Source: Nitrospirota bacterium
GTDB lineage: Bacteria > Nitrospirota > UBA9217
DNA length: 64,000 nt
Assembly (NCBI GenBank): GCA_963751455.1
Contig: CAVVUN010000008.1
Span: forward strand, 256,001 to 320,000
Direction of reading: 5' to 3'
Under the pieces are notes generated by a model, which saw only the letters and a program-made list of their open reading frames with translations, was not told the DNA's origin and made no database searches. This document shows, piece by piece, positions 50,461 to 60,115 of the stretch (positions are counted from its first letter, which is position 1; every line of letters begins with the position of its first letter). The translations under genes and the position numbers were made by a program.

Positions 50461-51464
50461 GCTTCCTCCATAGCTGTCTTTAATTTAGAAATTGCCCTGC
50501 TATTATCAAAATCAAATCCCGTCTTTAAACTATTCAAATCTATTATGGCTTTTTCCAACTCACTGGCATTTTTCACGACTTTTGTATAGCCCAATTCTTC
50601 AAGTCGGTAATGTAAATCCTCTTTCATATCGCTTTTGGTTGGGAGTTCTCCGTATCGATAATCTCTCGGCATGACCATAAACCTTGTTCTATATTTCAGG
50701 CATTGGGTGCCGATGCCTGCGCTCTCCTGCGTGATGACATACCGTGCATTCAGGATCAGCTCATCTATTTTTTCCGGCGCGCAAAAATCAAACACCTCGA
50801 CATAGTGCGAGTTGTATTTTGTATGTCCTGCCTGAATGATGACCTTTTCTTTTATAACGCCTTTTTTGACTAAATCTTCGACCGTTTTTACCAGCCTTGT
50901 AAACGGTTCTTCTCTTGTGCCTGCCGTGACAAATACATAGTTCAAGTCATGCCGTTTTGTATACATGTTCTGAGGCTTGAATATCGGTCCGATATAGATG
51001 GTATTTTGATTGTGTGGATTTTCCCATTGTGAATATATATTGTTCTTCGTCTTGAGCAAAAATGTACCGAACTTTGAATGGCCGTGCACCCGTGAAAAGG
51101 TGTCGATGTAAAGGAATTTTATGTTTAGAAGCCGCGATAGCAAAAAAGGGACAAAAGCCGTTCTCCCTGATCCTGTCGAAAGCACGTGCGTGGGCCTTTC
51201 CCTGCTGAATATTTTCAGGACCGGCGCTACCTGGTATAAATAGGTCCAGGGCTTTTTAAAGTGAGCCATTTCAATGTAGTACACTCGCTCTTTCTTCAGT
51301 TCGCTCTCAGTCTGCTTATTTTTGTTGGTTATCCAGAAATGGTTGTAGCAGCTGAAAAAGTCGGACAGATTGGCCATCTGTTCGAAATGGCCGCCTTTTG
51401 TGCAAACAAGGGCCAATTTCTTTTTTTGATCCTTCATCGATCTTTTGCTCTTCAGTTCCATCAT
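50457..51464 (-). CDS. fused Alg14/Alg13-like (PssD/PssE) glycosyltransferase
   Basis: KGGHF...STG...IDTFSR...QW, followed by VFVTAGT...FTRL...IQAG...MPR. Confidence 0.82.
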   Translation of the reverse strand: MMELKSKRSMKDQKKKLALVCTKGGHFEQMANLSDFFSCYNHFWITNKNKQTESELKKERVYYIEMAHFKKPWTYLYQVAPVLKIFSRERPTHVLSTGSGRTAFVPFLLSRLLNIKFLYIDTFSRVHGHSKFGTFLLKTKNNIYSQWENPHNQNTIYIGPIFKPQNMYTKRHDLNYVFVTAGTREEPFTRLVKTVEDLVKKGVIKEKVIIQAGHTKYNSHYVEVFDFCAPEKIDELILNARYVITQESAGIGTQCLKYRTRFMVMPRDYRYGELPTKSDMKEDLHYRLEELGYTKVVKNASELEKAIIDLNSLKTGFDFDNSRAISKLKTAMEEA

Positions 51465-52463
51465 TTATGCCGCCACCATCGCAGTGTTGACGGTGGAAAG
51501 GATCTCAACCACATTCTTGGCGTGCTCGACGCCGGTCAGGCATGTTGTCCCGTTTTCGATACAGTCCAGAAAATGATCGATCTCAACCTTCAGCGGTTCC
51601 TTGAAATCTATCTTCGGCTGCAGTACGTCTCCGGAACGGTGATCAAAGGCCTGCTGCAGACTGCTGCGGTCGCCGTTTGCGGACGGTTTTCTGTCTATCC
51701 CTTTATCGTAAATAGTAATCTTGTTATCCGCCATGTCATCGTACACAACCATTTTTTTGGAACCCGCTGCGACCATCATACGGACTTTCAGAGGATCCAG
51801 CCAGCTGACGTGGATATGGGCCATGATCTTTTTTGGGTACATGATGCTCATGAAAACGACGTCATCGATATTCTCCTGAATGAAATCGGCTCCGCTCCTT
51901 ATGACGGAGAGCGGCTTCGGATCGCCAAGCCAGTATTGTATGATGCTGATATCATGTGGCGCCAGATTCCACAGCGAATCAACGTCGGACCGGATCTTGC
52001 CGAGATTCAATCGTTGACTGTAGATGTACCGGATATCACCAAGCTCCCCTGAATCGATCAGTTTCTTGACGTAGCGTACCGCATTGTTAAAGAGAAACGT
52101 GTGCCCGACCATCGCAACAAGATTCTTTTCGGCCGCGAGCCTTCCGATCTGATCCACCTCTTGGACGCTCCGTGCCATCGGCTTTTCGACTAAGATGTGC
52201 TTCCCTGCAGCAAGCGACCGCATAGCCAGATCAAAATGGGTCGCTACAGGCGTTGCAATTACCACTGCCTCGACGTCGGGATCTCGGATCACTTCTTCAA
52301 CGTCCTCAATGACCCGTACTGCAGGATAGAGGCCGCGCACATATTCTCTCCTTTCGGGTGATAGGTCCGCCACCGCTGATATCTTGCATTTTTTGTTTGC
52401 CACAAGGTTCCTGAGAAGATTCGGTCCCCAGTAACCCACGCCGATTTGTGCTATATGTACCAT
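51465..52463 (-). CDS. Gfo/Idh/MocA oxidoreductase
   Basis: GVGYWG, GKHILVEKP, LAPHD. Confidence 0.92.
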   Translation of the reverse strand: MVHIAQIGVGYWGPNLLRNLVANKKCKISAVADLSPERREYVRGLYPAVRVIEDVEEVIRDPDVEAVVIATPVATHFDLAMRSLAAGKHILVEKPMARSVQEVDQIGRLAAEKNLVAMVGHTFLFNNAVRYVKKLIDSGELGDIRYIYSQRLNLGKIRSDVDSLWNLAPHDISIIQYWLGDPKPLSVIRSGADFIQENIDDVVFMSIMYPKKIMAHIHVSWLDPLKVRMMVAAGSKKMVVYDDMADNKITIYDKGIDRKPSANGDRSSLQQAFDHRSGDVLQPKIDFKEPLKVEIDHFLDCIENGTTCLTGVEHAKNVVEILSTVNTAMVAA

Positions 52464-52543
52464 GTCACTACCTCCCTGGACTATGATTGCCCTCGTTGCT
52501 GTTGCAAAGCGGTTATTTTATTAGGGCGTCGCCTGTTTTCATC

Positions 52544-53539
52544 CTACGCCCATTGACTATGTTTTTTTCTAAACAGGTTACGGCATATAACTGCGAGACG
52601 AAGCGGATAATGAAACATCGGATTTTTGGCTCCATAATAGAGAAGCCATTCTTCCGGCGTGAATGTATTTTTCTTGCTTCGAGCCTCATCTGCCAATTGC
52701 TTATTTCGCGTATGAAAAGCAAGTCGCAAAGAGCATTCCGCAAAGTATATTTCATACTTCTGCTTTAACCGTTGTGGAAGATTATACTTGTTGCAAAGAT
52801 AGAGAAAAAGTTCCGCATTTGAAATTGAGAACCGCAATGCCTTTGTGACGTTCTTGCTTCTGGTAGCTGATTCATCGGTGATGTTATGAGTAGCCAGCGA
52901 CTCAGGGATAAAATAAAGACGGGCCTTAGTTGCCATCTCCGCCCAGAGTTGGGTATCACCCATGAGAAAATGGCCGCTTTTGTGAAGGTAAGGATCGGCT
53001 TCAATGATCTGCTCACAAAGAACCCGGCGCACCATAACGGTACAGGTGAGAGGTGCGCCCTTGCCGCCGACAATATCGGATATACCGGGGTTTTCCGGCA
53101 TCTTCCGCTTTCGGTATTTTATAAAATCATTTATCTTCTGCTTAGAGCTGACATGATACACGTCATAACTGGAATACACCAAGCCACACTCCGGATGACG
53201 TTCGAGGTAATCTGCCTGTTTTTGCAGTTTGTGAGGACTCTGCCAGTAGTCATCACCTTCGCAAAAGGCAATGTACTTTCCTTGACAGGCTCTCGTGGTG
53301 CGGTATCCGTTATTTTTCATTCCGACATTCTTTTCCGACGCGATCACTCGAATGATATCCGGATATTTTTTTTGATATTCAAAGACAATTTCCCGTGTAC
53401 CATCGATAGAGCAGTCCTCTCCGATGACCAGCTCGAAGGGAAAATCCGTTTTCTGCTGTAAAACTCCCTCGATAGCCTGGACGATAAAAGGCGCGTGGTT
53501 GTATGTGGTCATGTGGATGCTTACCAGAGGCTCTGTCAT
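52544..53539 (-). CDS. GT2 glycosyltransferase
   Basis: TYNH, GEDCSIDGT, CEGDDYW. Confidence 0.92.
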   Translation of the reverse strand: MTEPLVSIHMTTYNHAPFIVQAIEGVLQQKTDFPFELVIGEDCSIDGTREIVFEYQKKYPDIIRVIASEKNVGMKNNGYRTTRACQGKYIAFCEGDDYWQSPHKLQKQADYLERHPECGLVYSSYDVYHVSSKQKINDFIKYRKRKMPENPGISDIVGGKGAPLTCTVMVRRVLCEQIIEADPYLHKSGHFLMGDTQLWAEMATKARLYFIPESLATHNITDESATRSKNVTKALRFSISNAELFLYLCNKYNLPQRLKQKYEIYFAECSLRLAFHTRNKQLADEARSKKNTFTPEEWLLYYGAKNPMFHYPLRLAVICRNLFRKKHSQWA

Positions 53540-53551
53540 GTTTTAGAAACT

Positions 53552-53674
53552 CCCAACCCGGACAAGCCGGGATATTTGCCACAGAGCACACAGAGGGCAC
53601 AGAGAAAACCAAGAAGCGTCTAGTTCAACTCTTTAAAAGATTTTCTCTGTGTTCTCGGTGACCTCTGTGGCAAA
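53552..53674. repeat. CCCAACCCGGACAAGCCGG end plus CACAGAG palindrome
   Basis: TTTGCCACAGAGCACACAGAGGGCACAGAGAAAA...TTTTCTCTGTGTTCTCGGTGACCTCTGTGGCAAA; the end is the reverse complement of ~60088-60106. Confidence 0.78.
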
Positions 53675-53720
53675 AAGCTTTTCAAGATTTTGATTTGTAA
53701 CTTACTAACTCTGATGAAAG

Positions 53721-53788
53721 TAGTTCTTAGCTCATGGCTCGTAGCTCGTAGTAAAAAGTCCAGACTAAGAGCTATCAGCTACGAGCTG
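53721..53788. repeat. 7-bp-period inverted arms
   Basis: TAGTTCT TAGCTCA TGGCTCG TAGCTCG TAG / CTAAGAG CTATCAG CTACGAG CT. Confidence 0.7.
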
Positions 53789-55255
53789 CTATTCTGCTGT
53801 TCCTGCCTTCACCAACGGCATTCTATTCCACATCGCCTGCCAGATTTCCATAAAAGCCTTCAGACGAAAAGCGCGGCACAGGGAAACATAGACGATAATC
53901 CCCGTGATAATTTGCACCAAGAGCATGAACCAATTGCCCGGAAACTGCAGCAATCCAGCTGCATATACCCCGCTGCCCATCAGTACTGCCACGATGAGAT
54001 ACGGGAACAGGTCAAGCACCTGCTCCTTGATCGGGTAACTGATCAGAATTCCGTTGTAATAACTGTTCAGATAATAACCGATGACCGAACTTACGATCAT
54101 GCCGTAGATCATTGCCGAGATGCCCCACCGCCATGTGATCGCTATATTGATCCCGATCATGACTTTTTTTATGATTTCCAGGCGTAAAAACAAGTCGGAC
54201 CGCCCCATGGCTTGCAGCACATTCAAGTTCATCAGGTGCAACGGAAACAGCAAGCCGGCCACACAGAGCAGCTGCAAATAGGGAACACACGGCAACCATT
54301 TTTCAGTCAACAGCACCAGCACCAATGGACGCGCGATAATTGCCAAACCGAGCATCATCGGGAAATTCACCAGAACCAGAGCAGTCAAGGCCTTTTTCAG
54401 TCCTCTTTTCAAGCGCGCACGATCATCCTGGATGGTGGAAAAAACGGGAAAAGTGACCCGTCCTACGATTCCCGACAAGGTTTGAGAGGGAAGATCATTC
54501 AAGGTCTTGGCGCGTGTAAAAAAACCCAGATCGGATGCTGAAAAGAACTTGCCGATGACCAGCAGATAGATGTTATCAAAAATCTGGTTAAGGATACCCG
54601 AAAACAGCAGACGCGAGCCGAAGCCGAACATTTCGCGCAGGGCATGAAAGCTGAAGATCAGTGCCGGCCGCCAGGGACTGAAAGACCAGAGAGAGATGGT
54701 TAAAAAAAGCGCGGCAGATACTTGCTGAACAACCAGGCTCCATACACCAAAACCAAGGGCCGCCAGGGTAACTCCGGTCACGCCCGACAGAGCACCGGCA
54801 ATCAGATTTGCCTTGGTCAGAGTCTTAAAGTTGATTTGTCTGGTCAGGACAGTGTTCTGAATCAAGCCGAAGGAATTGATCACGATGGTCAGCGACAAGG
54901 CTCGCGTCATTGGAGTCAGGACAGGCTGTTTATAGAAAGCGGCAATCCAGGGAGCGGCCATGCACAGGAAGCCCGCAGCAGCCAGCCCTACCAATATATT
55001 AAAATAGAAAATCGAACAGGTATCGGTTTGCGTTATTTCCCGTTTCTGAATCAGGGCGGCGCCGAATCCGCTGTCAAGGAACGTTCGGATGACGGCAATG
55101 AAGATGGTCAGCATCCCGATCAGGCCGAATTGCTCGGGAAACAGCAGTCGCGCCAAAACAATCCCGATGACGAATTGCACGCCGCGTTGTGCAACAGACT
55201 CGAGAAAACTCCATACGAGGGCATGAACTGTTTTCTGATGAAGATCGTCCGCCAT
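53789..55255 (-). CDS. wzx: Wzx flippase (WzxC-like)
   Basis: LARLLFPEQFG, DSGFGAALIQ, many TM helices. Confidence 0.92.
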   Translation of the reverse strand: MADDLHQKTVHALVWSFLESVAQRGVQFVIGIVLARLLFPEQFGLIGMLTIFIAVIRTFLDSGFGAALIQKREITQTDTCSIFYFNILVGLAAAGFLCMAAPWIAAFYKQPVLTPMTRALSLTIVINSFGLIQNTVLTRQINFKTLTKANLIAGALSGVTGVTLAALGFGVWSLVVQQVSAALFLTISLWSFSPWRPALIFSFHALREMFGFGSRLLFSGILNQIFDNIYLLVIGKFFSASDLGFFTRAKTLNDLPSQTLSGIVGRVTFPVFSTIQDDRARLKRGLKKALTALVLVNFPMMLGLAIIARPLVLVLLTEKWLPCVPYLQLLCVAGLLFPLHLMNLNVLQAMGRSDLFLRLEIIKKVMIGINIAITWRWGISAMIYGMIVSSVIGYYLNSYYNGILISYPIKEQVLDLFPYLIVAVLMGSGVYAAGLLQFPGNWFMLLVQIITGIIVYVSLCRAFRLKAFMEIWQAMWNRMPLVKAGTAE

Positions 55256-55269
55256 GTTGTCCGTAATGC

Positions 55270-55344
55270 AGGGTCGAGGGTCCCGGCAGCCGGGGTCAAG
55301 AGACTGCATCACCCCGGACCCCGGACCTGGTCCCTGTAACCTCG
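55270..55344. repeat. 7-bp-period inverted arms
   Basis: AGGGTCG AGGGTCC CGGCAGC CGGGGTC / CACCCCG GACCCCG GACCTGG TCCCTGT AACCTCG. Confidence 0.65.
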
Positions 55345-55374
55345 CCGCGCTTTATGGTCACCCCTGGATCTGTT

Positions 55375-55824
55375 CTACTGAACTACTACCGTCCCCTTCA
55401 CCCAATCTGCACAATGGTAACCATATGTTCCGGGGACCGGAAATCGGAGACAGACGGAATTTCCCGGCTTAATAACGGGAGGAGTAGACCACGACTTGTT
55501 ATCGCTGATGATCTCCCACCACCAATACGGGTCTGTATCGGTGATGCCATCAGTCCATTTTACAATCCCGTTGACAGGAATGGTAACGGAGTTCGGCGAA
55601 AAGTACTCAACAGTGCGGGAATCCTTAATCAGGGCTGTCGCCGACATTGAGACCTTGCTTACCAGGTTGTCATCCGTCGGGCAAGGATACACTTCTTCAA
55701 CCGTTTTTACTGTCCCGATCACGTTTGGCGCGGGTGCCGGGCTGTTTTTGTCTCGTCCACAGGAAGTGATGAACACAAGAACAAGCATTGTTAAAAGAGC
55801 TGTAATCATCGCTATTGGCTTCAT
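55375..55824 (-). CDS. lipoprotein with cupredoxin-like fold
   Basis: Lipobox ITSC; FSPNSVTI...VKW...PGTYGYHC...GTVVV. Confidence 0.75.
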   Translation of the reverse strand: MKPIAMITALLTMLVLVFITSCGRDKNSPAPAPNVIGTVKTVEEVYPCPTDDNLVSKVSMSATALIKDSRTVEYFSPNSVTIPVNGIVKWTDGITDTDPYWWWEIISDNKSWSTPPVIKPGNSVCLRFPVPGTYGYHCADWVKGTVVVQ

Positions 55825-55939
55825 TTTTTTTCTCCTTTCATATCAGTTGTACTTATAATGGGCTCTGGAACCTCGGGGATTCAGCCACTAGGCACTGTTG
55901 CCCGACCCGTACACGCTGGTGAAAATCTCCCAACCCTTT

Positions 55940-56611
55940 TCACTTCGTTCTATACCATCCCGCATCCCGGGTCTTAATTACCTTTCCCGGGACCCCTACC
56001 ACCGTGGTATTGGGCGGTACATCGCGAATAATCGTGCACCCTGCTCCTATCACAGACCATTCCCCAATGCGCACTTTTTCGATGATGTCGGCTCCGGTTC
56101 CAATGAATGTGCCCATGCCTACGGTGACATCACCGGATACGTTTACCCCTGGAGACAATGTCACAAAATCTTCTATGAGGGTTTTTTCGCCAATGGTGCA
56201 GTCCATGTTTACGATGACGTGATTGCCGATGCCGTTCTGATTAGACAAAATACAGCCCGCGTGCATTATCACGTCTTCCCCAACGGACATGTTCCGCGTT
56301 AATATGGTGTCCGGATGGATAATATTACAAAAGCGGATCCCTCGCTCTTTCGCTTTTTCAACCAGGTGAAATCTTGCGTCCGGAGCGGCAACGGCCGTAA
56401 TCGCAAATACTTCTTCCTGGCAGGTGTCAAACCAGTCGAGGTCGCCGAGAACCCGGAATCCGTTTATCTCAACGCCGGGCTTCTCCCACATGGAATCCAC
56501 AATGTACCCAAGAATTTCATATCGCGGCCCTGAATGGTTACAGGCCTCAAGGATATCCAGCACCTGACAGGATAATCCACCGGCTCCGATAATTACGATC
56601 CTGCGGTTCAA
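55940..56611 (-). CDS. NeuD/PglB-family sugar acetyltransferase
   Basis: IIGAGG, IIHP, hexapeptide repeats, VVGVPGK; TTG start. Confidence 0.9.
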   Translation of the reverse strand: MNRRIVIIGAGGLSCQVLDILEACNHSGPRYEILGYIVDSMWEKPGVEINGFRVLGDLDWFDTCQEEVFAITAVAAPDARFHLVEKAKERGIRFCNIIHPDTILTRNMSVGEDVIMHAGCILSNQNGIGNHVIVNMDCTIGEKTLIEDFVTLSPGVNVSGDVTVGMGTFIGTGADIIEKVRIGEWSVIGAGCTIIRDVPPNTTVVGVPGKVIKTRDAGWYRTK

Positions 56612-56666
56612 ATTTATTTCTCCCCATGCTGTTAAGGTACTTTACAAAATCAAGATAGTTAATTTT

Positions 56667-56933
56667 GATGAAGTCGTAAAAAAGCGGATTTTACCACAGA
56701 GGCACGGAGGTCACGGAGGAAAGCTCTTTAATTCTAAAGATTTTTTGTATCTACTCAGGTCCGATTTTAAAAGCCTTTGTAGGGCAACCCTTTAGGGTTG
56801 CGCCCAACATGCGAACTGGCGCGGACCGCATGAATGCAAGGCTAAAGCCTTGCCCTACATTAAACTACCTGAGTAGTTACGATTTTTTCTCCGTGTCTCT
56901 GTGCCTCCGTGGTAGATTTTGACTTTTTACGAG
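56667..56933. mobile_element. GATGA-type MITE (IS1182-like ends) with nested elements
   Basis: GATGAAGTCGTAAAAAAG...GACTTTTTACGAG; colinear with 8991-9121 once 56747-56888 is removed. Confidence 0.8.
56747..56880. mobile_element. 134-bp MITE with GTA(T/A)CTACTCAGG ends, containing a REP doublet (56778-56859)
   Basis: 13-bp TIR with one mismatch; 8-bp duplication GATTTTTT (56739-56746, 56881-56888). Confidence 0.88.
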
Positions 56934-57075
56934 CGGATAAACGCAGATAAGGTCGGATAAAAAAACGTTCTTGTATCGTAAAAGCAATCACCCTGCGGGT
57001 GAATTTTTTTCTCTAAAAATTCTTTTGTTTGATCTGCGGTTATCTGCGTTCATCTGCGTCCAACCCATATTCAGG
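56933..57075. mobile_element. truncated CCT-family MITE (CGCAGAT subtype, reverse orientation)
   Basis: Reverse complement of most of 61594-61793. Confidence 0.82.
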
Positions 57076-57120
57076 TTCAAAGATTTTGGTTTCGTTTTAT
57101 CGGTCTGAGGTAGAGCGTCG

Positions 57121-58301
57121 CTAAGTAGTAATATCTCGCTGAACAAAATCAATAAGGGAATATTTCTTGTCAGTTGCATTGTTCCAGTGGTCCCGTGTTC
57201 CCTGGTTTGCATTGGCAGCCAGGACCAGATAGGTTTCGTCTTGCGCGGTAAGGTTCTGCTTCTGCCACTGAAGAAAATCATACATAACGCAGTCTACAGC
57301 CACCGGGTCTGTGGATAAAAAAATCCTTTTGGGCCAGGCATCATTCCCAAACACACTCCATCGAGAGGTTGCGGTATAATTAGTCATCCAGTTCCCATAA
57401 ATGCCGTCACCGATGAATAAGAGCGGTTTTACCCTCCACATTGCTATTTGCATAAATTTCAACGAGAGGGTTGTTCCTTGTTTTAAAAAAGGAGTTTGTG
57501 AAATTTCGGGATTGTCGACTTTTCAAACAGGCCCGAAGAGGTTTTTATAGGTTAATGTGATTCCTGCCATTCCATGCGCTTTCAGATTGGCATATGAATG
57601 AAGTAGGTTGAAGAGCCGAGTTGGTCCGGCAATTGTGAATTGCTTATATCGGCATCGCCGTGGTCGTATTGTGAGACCGGGATCTGATGAGTGAAGGTGC
57701 AGGCGGAACTATACGCTGTCGCAGAGCGCCGAAAAGGAAACCCCGGGATACGCTTCCTTTACAGGTTGCGCTACTCTATCATCGATCTTCCGGGAAGGTT
57801 CCAGAAACCAGATATCCGACTCGTCAACTCCTCCGGCTTTCAGTCCCTTCACCAGGGCCTTGAGGAGCTGCGGCAGGGGATCGATGAGATCACCGCCGAT
57901 TCCGCATTGTTCGCGTTCAGTTTAACGGAAATTTTTTTGCCTGACCTATAGTTTGGAATAACGCTGATTCCACGCGTCGGTTTCTGCAGCTTGACCTGTT
58001 AATGTCGTGACGCCTTCTTTAACCATTTCATCAACACGGACCTGATTGACAAAACTGTCAGAACCATACCAGGTTTTACTCCCGTCCCATGTCGTTACAG
58101 TATTGTCATTCACGGCCACAACTCTGCTGCGCAGTGGGAGGAGCAGCCGGAGGAGGCGGAGGAATTATGTTCGACGAGTCCTCGATGCTATCGTTCTTAC
58201 TGTCCCTGCATCCGGCCAAAAACATGGCCGGTCGCAGCTCCTGCGCATTTAAGAAACGTGCGCCTGGAACAGACCGTACATGCATCAAGCTCGTCTGTCA
58301 T
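57121..58301 (-). pseudogene. Tat-signal DUF362-like protein with several frameshifts
   Basis: SRRTFLK signal; fragments KISVKLN, LKAHGMAGITLTYKNLFG and STDPVAVDC in different frames. Confidence 0.72.
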
Positions 58302-58572
58302 GTGCGTATTCACTCCTTCTTCCTGACCCGAATAGCACCGACTCGCGTCGGGACAGGCCGGGACCAAAACATTGAAACGACAAAACGCCAAGGACAGGCG
58401 AAGATTTTTTAACCTAAAACGGCAGTTGCTTTTGTTTGGCCGCAAAGAACGCAAAGAAAATCAATAAAAATCTAAAAGCGTTCACCTTCTCGGTGATACG
58501 GCTTTTTATTCCAAATGTTTGATTTTTCTCTGCGATCTTTGCCTGCGCCCAGCGGATAGAATTATCCTTGTC

Positions 58573-59864
58573 TGTGCAACATGCACATGGGTTACATTTT
58601 AACCTATGGACATGGGTTACACTTTTCTTAACTTAGGCTCCACTTTCCCGAGCCTTCACGTCGAGTATGCCGATAGGATGGAAACCGAAGCGGATTTCGT
58701 ATTTTCCATCTGCTGCCTCGACAAGACCGACTCTTTCTCCGGCCAGAAGCTCGGAGATGAAGTAGTAGGTTCTCGTTAAACCGGATTTCGCCGTTGATGG
58801 CGGACCGTTCGAACCTCGACGCCGTGATCGTACTCAGGTTCGCGGAGTTTTTCCGGGAACCTCCTGGGTGACGGCTCGTAAACGCTCGCGGGCGTCTTTT
58901 TGTCGAGCGCCTCATGCGGGCGGTCGTAATTGTATTCGTGCCGGAACTCATCGAACCGGATTTGTTGGCGGTTCATGTCCGCCTTGGGCGGCTTGGCCGT
59001 GTCCTGCTTCAGGGTACGGTGCATCCGCTCATGACGCCCGTTTTGCTGGGGCTTGCCGGATTCTATCCGTTCCGGCCTGATGCCGAGCTTGATCCACCAG
59101 ACCGACAACCGGCTGAGGCCGGTTACCCCGCGCCCGGCGAACGGCGTCCCGTTGTCGGTGCGTATGGCCTCCGGCAGGCCGAATTCGCGGAACGCCCACT
59201 CGAACCATGGCCGGGTGTCCGCGTGGCAAGGAGAATAAAGGCCCTTGCACGTAAGCAGGTAACGGCTCATGTTGTCGGTGATGGTCAGAGGATAGCACCA
59301 TCGGCCATCGCCGGTCTTGAACTGGCCCTTGTAGTCTGCGCTCCAGACCTTGTTCGGCGCGTCGCAGGCCAGAAAAGGTTCACTGTATTTCGGCGTCCTC
59401 TTGCGCAGCCGCCGATCCTTGACAAGGCCCCGTCTTTTGAGCCATTTCTCGGCGGTACAGACAGAGGGCCATTTGATCTGGGGCTGGTCGCACGGTTTAA
59501 GAAGTCTAACAGCTTCTTGGGACCCCAGGTCATATGCAACTGCTTTGCTTCAACCAGACGGTCGATGATTTCCTCGTCGGTCTGGTTCGGATGATTGACC
59601 GGAGCGCGGCAAAGTTCTTTTAGGCCATCCTGGCCGAGCCTGTCGTAACGCTCGGTCCATTTGTAAATGGTCTTGCGGCTTACTCCGTAGATCACAGACA
59701 GCTCGGTGATACTGTAACCGGTAAGCCAGTCGGCTATTAACTTTAAACGCTCTTCCATGGGCTCCGTCTTTCTCCAGGGCATAGGATAATCCTCCTAGCC
59801 CTGCAGTTTAACGTGTTACCCATGTCCATAGGTTAGTTTGTTACCTATGTTAGCAGGTTGTACC
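58573..59864 (-). mobile_element. IS481-family element with frameshifted transposase (59782 to ~58628)
   Basis: TGT left end, repeated subterminal GTTACCCATGT-like boxes, MPW start, IRTDNGTPF, KPQQNGRHERMHRTLK, YNYDRPHEAL. Confidence 0.9.
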
Positions 59865-59974
59865 GTCCACTAGCCCCTCTCCTTCAAGGGGACGGGTGAG
59901 GATGGGTTTTTATAAACGAGTGCAGGGTGAGTTCTCTGCGGTTAACTGCTCTTTTTAGATGGAAAGAAAATTTC

Positions 59975-60106
59975 ACCGCGAAGGCGCAAGGAACGCAAAG
60001 GAAATCCTTAAATTTTAATTCTGGGTTAGAGCTTTAAACCTTCGCGACCTTCGCGCCTTGGCGGTTCAAAGGTTTTTGATTTTGGTTCCGGCTTGTCCGG
60101 GTTAGG
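59975..60106. repeat. CGCGAAG palindrome plus TTGGTTCCGGCTTGTCCGGGTTAGG end
   Basis: ACCGCGAAGGCGCAAGGAACGCAAAGG...CCTTCGCGACCTTCGCGCCTTGGCGGT. Confidence 0.78.
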
Positions 60107-60115
60107 TTTAAGGCT

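Noticed and set aside
53552-57075. Integron attC cassette array
   Set aside because: The palindromes lack RYYYAAC/GTTRRRY cores, several have transposon-type duplications, and no integrase is present.
58567-59870. Target duplication of the IS481
   Set aside because: Only GTC is shared and the right end reads ACC rather than ACA; too weak to call.
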